64,000 bases of DNA from Balanoglossus misakiensis (taxonomy: Eukaryota; Animalia; Hemichordata): assembly GCA_040954595.2 (NCBI GenBank), contig CM082577.2, forward strand, positions 10,441,846 to 10,505,845. Direction: 5' to 3'. Below the pieces are notes generated by a model that was given only the letters and a program-made list of their open reading frames with translations, was not told the origin of the DNA and did no database searches. Below, piece after piece: positions 61,901 through 64,000 of this stretch. The stretch's first letter is position 1. Each line of letters starts with the position of its first letter. Made by a program: the position numbers and the translations under genes.

Positions 61901-63599
61901 CGAAATTTCTCATTCGCTTACACGTGCTCTCATTCATTTCATTGTTTCCATGGACACCGCTTCATCAGCATGATATGACATACATGGAGGATGACGACGA
62001 CAGTTACTGCGGTAACAATGATCTTGACGGTCGTAGTGATGACGAACACGCTAACACTGCGCGTGGGGTTTTTCAAGAGGTATTCTTTTGTGTTTTTGCA
62101 AGAACTATATGTCGCACATTTCAACAGTAGCCCCTTTTTCTGGCATTGGTTTTGTCGTCTTCTCCATCTCTACCATTCGCAAAATACACATACGAACATC
62201 TACATGTATGTACTATGTGAATGGTTCCGAAACAAATACTGTAAAACGGGTTATTTTCGCGAGCAATAAATTTTCGCGAAATACGCGAGAGCCAACAAAA
62301 CGTGAAAATAAAAAGTCGCGTAAAAATGTTTTACGGAGATAACGATGCAGTTAGTGAAATACGAGAACGCGAAAATTAATCCTCGCGTAACAGTTGCATC
62401 TTTTGATATCGCGAAAATTTCCTGTCTTGAAAATAACCCGTTTTACAGTGTAAGCCTGGTTTTTCCTTGCTGTGAAAGTCTGACAGTTCCTCAGTTCAGC
62501 ACATATCCCTTTGTGAACTTTCAAGCGATCTGTGAGTGTCAGGTTAACAGTACTGCACAACACACTTGTGAAAGTGTTCCAGTATTGAGCAGTTGTTTGT
62601 TAAAATTTTTACCGTCCAAATTATTTATCCCAAAAATGTTGAATTACCAGCTAACTGAGGTGTCATTGTACTCCCAAAGATAATTGTTTTTATTGAATTC
62701 TTGTACAGATTTGAAACCTGGCATAATGTATTTAACGGGACAAAGTCGTTCAATTTGAATCATTTAATTTGTGGTCAACCCCAAAAATTGAGTTGTGACA
62801 ACCAGTCATTGAACATATTTCAGTGCACAGACGCAAGAAAATAACTGAGTGACTTTGTCCCTTTAATGATACGTTGACATATATTTATCACCCAGCTGGG
62901 GAGTGCAATATACTCTCCAAGATTGTTTGCTGTTGTCGCGGTAACCCTCACATGCCATGGAGGTGTGTCTGGCTCTAGGGAAATGCCTCTAACATCAATT
63001 TCACACCCAACTGTCCTGTTTGTACAAGTGCACACATAACAAATTACCACAGTTGGGCAAATACAATAATTGGATTTGATAAAATTACCACAGTTCAAGC
63101 ATCATGTCCACAGAACATTTCTGTGGCAAATACATTTTAGTAAATTTTTGCTTAAAATTTTAAAGACCTAAAATTTCTCACCGCCTACATGAAGCAAACC
63201 TGATATTCTGATACTCTTGGTCGAAATTAATTTTTGAAAGGAATGAAAAAAGGCAGGCAAACAAAGTTTGAATTACCAGTAATTTCAGAACCAGTACAGC
63301 TGTTGAACTTTGACTCAATAAAATGAAATCTCATTGAAGTCGAAATTTCCGTGAGATGCCAAACTGTGGTGAATTGATTTGTAACTTTCATTCTGTTTGC
63401 CCATCGTGTGTGTTTTCAGTTATTGAGATAATTTCTCAGTGTTATGTTGACAAACATTACATAACTCTCAGTTGTATGTGCTCACTTTTTTTTTCCATTT
63501 TATTTGTACAAACTTCATAAACCCCTTGAACCACAGTTCACACCACCACCAGTACAGATAAACGTCTACTCCGATGGGTCAGCCGTGACTCCGGACCGA
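16655..63599 (+). CDS. Cav3: T-type voltage-gated calcium channel alpha-1 subunit (Cav3; co-ortholog of CACNA1G/H/I), multi-exon, partial at both ends
   Basis: Spliced translation gives four 6-TM repeats with S4 motifs ([15 protein letters not shown]; [14 protein letters not shown]; [14 protein letters not shown]; [11 protein letters not shown]) and pore signatures SLE(S/G)W, TQEDW, SKDGW, TGDNW (EEDD filter, diagnostic of Cav3), plus gating brake and APRASPE motif. Exon junctions are phase-compatible. Confidence 0.98.
22692..22789 (+). CDS. Cav3: Cav3 exon: domain I S3-S4 ([32 protein letters not shown])
   Basis: 98 nt, ttgcag| acceptor, A|gtaagt donor; not in the ORF track on + strand. Confidence 0.95.
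24005..24416. mobile_element. Non-autonomous TIR element with TTAA target duplication (Kolobok-like, RR...YY ends)
   Basis: TTAA|GGATGTACGCGCAG ... CTGAACGTACATCC|TTAA. Confidence 0.75.
24722..25050. mobile_element. Degraded second copy of the 24005-24416 element, same orientation
   Basis: Collinear matches: cgcgcagaac.taaaccgg, gattacattga, ggtcaaataaaat, ctctattttgagataaa, cagcagttttc, ttatcgactaaat, gcggtgaccc. End coordinate approximate. Confidence 0.75.
26309..26478. mobile_element. Small TIR element with internal TTCTATAGA-type repeats (copy 1)
   Basis: CCCTT...AAGGG ends and ctatagaa-rich interior shared with 45183-45350. Confidence 0.5.
27229..27412. mobile_element. Short TTAA-flanked TIR element (Kolobok-like MITE)
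   Basis: GTATACGGTCACCT / AGGTGACCGTATAC inverted termini next to TTAA; relatives at about 34084-34289 (inverted) and 34330-34431. Confidence 0.7.
28069..28250. mobile_element. MITE with ACTGTAAAACG termini
   Basis: gtatACTGTAAAACG ... CGTTTTACAGTatac inverted ends; same termini as 62238-62449. Confidence 0.7.
28347..28521 (+). CDS. Cav3: Cav3 exon: domain I S4-S5 linker and S5 ([18 protein letters not shown]...[18 protein letters not shown])
   Basis: 175 nt, ttgcag| acceptor, GG|gtgagg donor. Confidence 0.95.
28824..28951. mobile_element. MITE, TA-flanked CAGT...ACTG family (relative of 6854-7029)
   Basis: TA|CAGTAAAACATGTCTACACC ... GGTTTAGACAGGTTTCACTG|TA, directly preceded by a right-end fragment of the same family. 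Confidence 0.72.
29181..29490 (+). CDS. Cav3: Cav3 exon: domain I extracellular turret and P1 helix (YDLPEYY...[14 protein letters not shown])
   Basis: 310 nt, ccgcag| acceptor, CAG|gtaaag donor. Confidence 0.95.
30151..30243 (+). CDS. Cav3: Cav3 domain I pore exon, variant A ([31 protein letters not shown]); putative mutually exclusive exon
   Basis: 93 nt, long pyrimidine tract, tttcag| acceptor, GTT|gtaagt donor, phase 0/0. Confidence 0.93.
30495..30587 (+). CDS. Cav3: Cav3 domain I pore exon, variant B ([31 protein letters not shown]); putative mutually exclusive exon
   Basis: 93 nt, ttgtag| acceptor, ACT|gtaagt donor, phase 0/0; 21/31 aa identical to variant A by manual alignment; absent from the ORF track. 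Confidence 0.9.
31164..32001 (+). CDS. Cav3: Cav3 exon: IS6, gating brake, poly-His/[10 protein letters not shown] linker
   Basis: 838 nt; [25 protein letters not shown]...[23 protein letters not shown]...[27 protein letters not shown]; G|gtgagt donor. Confidence 0.95.
32049..32779. mobile_element. 731-bp non-autonomous DNA transposon, perfect 17-bp TIR, TTAA TSD (Kolobok-like)
   Basis: TTAA|GGTGGCATTGCATGAAA ... TTTCATGCAATGCCACC|TTAA; no transposase ORF. Confidence 0.88.
34084..34431. mobile_element. Two copies or fragments of the 27229-27412 element family
   Basis: ttaaaggtatacgttcacct terminus, agccaatcacagatttt / aaaatctgtgattggct cores, taggtgactgtgtatctttaa terminus. Confidence 0.6.
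34516..34961 (+). CDS. Cav3: Cav3 exon: distal I-II linker and IIS1 (...[30 protein letters not shown])
   Basis: 446 nt, ccacag| acceptor (phase 1), CAG|gtgagt donor. Confidence 0.93.
35155..35306 (+). CDS. Cav3: Cav3 exon: IIS2-S3 ([12 protein letters not shown]...[10 protein letters not shown])
   Basis: 152 nt, ccacag| acceptor, AG|gtgaga donor. Confidence 0.95.
37077..37262 (+). CDS. Cav3: Cav3 exon: IIS4-S5 ([28 protein letters not shown]...FIFIF)
   Basis: 186 nt, ttccag| acceptor, AG|gtaagt donor. Confidence 0.95.
37968..38085 (+). CDS. Cav3: Cav3 exon 12-equivalent: domain II turret, tri-cysteine 12a-like ([39 protein letters not shown])
   Basis: 118 nt, caacag| acceptor, CAA|gtaggt donor; CxxC...C pattern. 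Confidence 0.95.
38953..39108 (+). CDS. Cav3: Cav3 exon: domain II filter and S6 (ILTQEDWN...[10 protein letters not shown])
   Basis: 156 nt, ttgcag| acceptor, GAG|gtgagt donor. Confidence 0.96.
41017..41134 (+). CDS. Cav3: Cav3 exon: II-III linker ([39 protein letters not shown])
   Basis: 118 nt open frame, tttcag| acceptor, G|gttggt donor; phases join both neighbours. Confidence 0.85.
41301..41484. repeat. Tandem repeat, 63-bp unit, about 2.9 copies
   Basis: tcttttctgaacttgttcgtttgatgttattac... starts at 41301, 41364 and 41427. Confidence 0.92.
42197..42396 (+). CDS. Cav3: Cav3 exon: II-III linker with [15 protein letters not shown] motif
   Basis: 200 nt, ttctag| acceptor (TAGAAG tandem), GTG|gtgagt donor; motif resembles the vertebrate Cav3 IIHTAATP segment. 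Confidence 0.9.
42769..42923 (+). CDS. Cav3: Cav3 exon: II-III linker ([22 protein letters not shown]...HHKKR)
   Basis: 155 nt open frame, cgatag| acceptor, AG|gtaggt donor; its phase 0 to 2 shift is needed to join the next exon. Confidence 0.82.
43178..43418 (+). CDS. Cav3: Cav3 exon: II-III linker ([10 protein letters not shown]...SCNGG...TCNGK...DAKDEV)
   Basis: 241 nt, aaacag| acceptor, GTG|gtaagc donor; CNG motifs typical of the Cav3 II-III linker. Confidence 0.88.
44019..44069 (+). CDS. Candidate cassette exon, Cys-rich ([17 protein letters not shown])
   Basis: 51 nt, phase 0/0, preceded by about 100 nt AG-free pyrimidine tract, atacag| acceptor, AGG|gtaact donor. Confidence 0.55.
44948..44989 (+). 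CDS. Candidate cassette exon, Cys-rich ([14 protein letters not shown])
   Basis: 42 nt, phase 0/0, cctaac branch-like site near 44900, pyrimidine tract, ttgaag| acceptor, ACG|gtaaat donor. Confidence 0.5.
45183..45350. mobile_element. Small TIR element with internal TTCTATAG repeats (copy 2)
   Basis: CCCTTACAAGAAA ... TTTTTCGTAAGGG imperfect inverted termini. Confidence 0.6.
47629..47726 (+). CDS. Cav3: Cav3 exon: pre-IIIS1 ([32 protein letters not shown])
   Basis: 98 nt, ccttag| acceptor, AA|gtaagt donor; R-x-x-Y/W-SLY-x-x-x-P-x-N motif of Cav3. Confidence 0.92.
48627..48750 (+). CDS. Cav3: Cav3 exon: IIIS1 ([41 protein letters not shown])
   Basis: 124 nt, ttacag| acceptor, ATG|gtaagt donor. 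Confidence 0.96.
49090..49343 (+). CDS. Cav3: Cav3 exon: IIIS2-S4 ([10 protein letters not shown]...[13 protein letters not shown])
   Basis: 254 nt, atacag| acceptor, AG|gtgagt donor. Confidence 0.96.
49725..49851 (+). CDS. Cav3: Cav3 exon: III S4-S5 linker and S5 ([16 protein letters not shown]...GILGVQ)
   Basis: 127 nt, ttgcag| acceptor, CAG|gtgagt donor. Confidence 0.96.
50047..50175 (+). CDS. Cav3: Cav3 exon: domain III turret ([11 protein letters not shown]...YNFDNLGQ)
   Basis: 129 nt, ttgcag| acceptor, CAG|gtaaac donor. Confidence 0.96.
50677..50766 (+). CDS. Cav3: Cav3 exon: domain III filter ([30 protein letters not shown])
   Basis: 90 nt, ctctag| acceptor, CAG|gttagt donor; not in the ORF track. 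Confidence 0.96.
51200..51323. repeat. Tandem repeat, 31-bp unit, 4 copies
   Basis: tttcttttatttgaat(g/c)caccaattaaaac(a/g) at 51200, 51231, 51262 and 51293. Confidence 0.92.
51353..51545 (+). CDS. Cav3: Cav3 exon 25-equivalent: IIIS6 and III-IV linker (PIRNYNEW...[18 protein letters not shown]...KARQ); possible 25c-type extension to 51569 or 51578
   Basis: 193 nt, caacag| acceptor, A|gtatgg donor (phase 1); further phase-1 donors at 51570 and 51579. Confidence 0.93.
54876..55027 (+). CDS. Cav3: Cav3 exon: III-IV linker end and IVS1 (AQETPYY...[10 protein letters not shown])
   Basis: 152 nt, ttctag| acceptor, CAG|gtgagt donor. Confidence 0.96.
55461..55570 (+). CDS. Cav3: Cav3 exon: IVS2 ([14 protein letters not shown]...RYFKD)
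   Basis: 110 nt, ttgcag| acceptor, AG|gtgagt donor. Confidence 0.96.
56145..56275 (+). CDS. Cav3: Cav3 exon: IVS3-S4 (WNQLDMLIV...[18 protein letters not shown])
   Basis: 131 nt, caccag| acceptor, G|gtaagt donor. Confidence 0.96.
57730..57800 (+). CDS. Cav3: Cav3 domain IV S4 end/S4-S5 linker exon, divergent variant A ([24 protein letters not shown]); putative mutually exclusive exon
   Basis: 71 nt, same length and phases (1/0) as the canonical copy, gggcag| acceptor after about 140 nt without AG, GAG|gtaaca donor; 10/24 aa identical to variant B. Confidence 0.82.
57932..58173 (+). other. Long-range intronic RNA duplex between the domain IV alternative exons
   Basis: GAGATGCAGCGTG (57932-57944) pairs with CACGCTGCGTCTC (58161-58173); 57950-57967 pairs with 58140-58159 with two single-nt bulges and G-U pairs. 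Confidence 0.7.
58357..58427 (+). CDS. Cav3: Cav3 domain IV S4 end/S4-S5 linker exon, canonical variant B ([24 protein letters not shown])
   Basis: 71 nt, ttttag| acceptor, CAG|gtaaaa donor; matches the conserved Cav3 [20 protein letters not shown] pattern. Confidence 0.95.
59478..59556 (+). CDS. Cav3: Cav3 exon: IVS5 ([26 protein letters not shown])
   Basis: 79 nt, tgttag| acceptor, G|gtgagt donor. Confidence 0.96.
59828..59949 (+). CDS. Cav3: Cav3 exon: domain IV turret and filter ([16 protein letters not shown]...[14 protein letters not shown])
   Basis: 122 nt, gtgcag| acceptor, AAG|gtatac donor. Confidence 0.96.
60121..60390 (+). CDS. Cav3: Cav3 exon: D4L6 loop (4 Cys), IVS6 and proximal C-terminus ([20 protein letters not shown]...[13 protein letters not shown]...KEDE)
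   Basis: 270 nt, tttcag| acceptor, GAG|gtgggt donor. Confidence 0.95.
61087..61116 (+). CDS. Candidate C-terminal microexon ([10 protein letters not shown])
   Basis: 30 nt, phase 0/0, tctcag| acceptor after about 110 nt AG-free YCAY-rich tract, CAG|gtattt donor. Confidence 0.55.
61969..62079 (+). CDS. Cav3: Probable Cav3 C-terminal exon ([37 protein letters not shown])
   Basis: 111 nt, phase 0/0, catcag| acceptor, GAG|gtattc donor, coding-like composition; no conserved motif recognised. Confidence 0.7.
62238..62449. mobile_element. MITE with perfect 21-bp TIR
   Basis: ACTGTAAAACGGGTTATTTTC (62238-62258) / GAAAATAACCCGTTTTACAGT (62429-62449); interior rich in (t)tcgcg(a). Confidence 0.85.
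63537..63599 (+). CDS. Cav3: Probable Cav3 C-terminal exon ([21 protein letters not shown])
   Basis: 63 nt, phase 0/0, ccacag| acceptor, CGA|gtgagt donor. Confidence 0.65.
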
Positions 63600-64000
63600 G
63601 TGAGTAGAAACAAGGGAGGGTGGGGGTGTTGGCAGAATGCAAATCATATATCTGTACACTGTGTTGTTAACCCTTTCAACCCTTCTCAGCATATTGGGCC
63701 ACCCACCCACCATAGGCTGGATCCAAAGTTTGGTGCAGTGATGGAAAGGGTTGAAACCCTGGTTGGTGTATTTTTGTGTGTGTGTGGTCGTACCACTGAA
63801 TAAATGGGTCTCGGTGTTGCGCTTTATTTCCCTGAAATTCCAATCAATCAATCACTTCCCCTTTAATGACAGGCTGTGTTGGTGTAACCTTTGGCGTTTC
63901 CGTGTCAACAGTGTCAGCTGTTCCGCCACATTGTGTTTTTATACACGCATCCACACTTATTACGTATGCACCATACCGTCGTTGTGTAAAAGTGCTCGTT

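Overview
AT-rich animal genomic DNA, probably a marine invertebrate (deuterostome-like features, but the taxon is not determinable here). Almost the whole window is one + strand gene for a T-type voltage-gated calcium channel alpha-1 subunit (Cav3, CACNA1G/H/I family). I reconstructed about 36 exons by hand from 16655 to 63599, with phase-compatible junctions. They cover domains I-IV, the EEDD selectivity filter, the gating brake, the poly-His/APRASPE motif and the proximal C-terminus. The N-terminal exon lies upstream of the window and the C-terminus continues downstream. The intron before the first exon ends in a U12-type (AT-AC) acceptor. The most notable signal is the splicing architecture. 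There are two tandem duplicated, probably mutually exclusive exon pairs: one encodes the domain I selectivity filter/P2/S6 start (30151-30243 vs 30495-30587), the other the domain IV S4 end and S4-S5 linker (57730-57800 vs 58357-58427). Each pair has base-paired structure in the separating intron. Only a tri-cysteine 12a-like domain II turret exon is present, and I found no 12b. Candidate Cys-rich cassette exons lie before domain III, and a microexon lies in the C-terminus. Introns carry several non-autonomous TIR elements (TA- and TTAA-flanked) and short tandem repeats. Most ORFs in the supplied track are spurious intronic or antisense frames.
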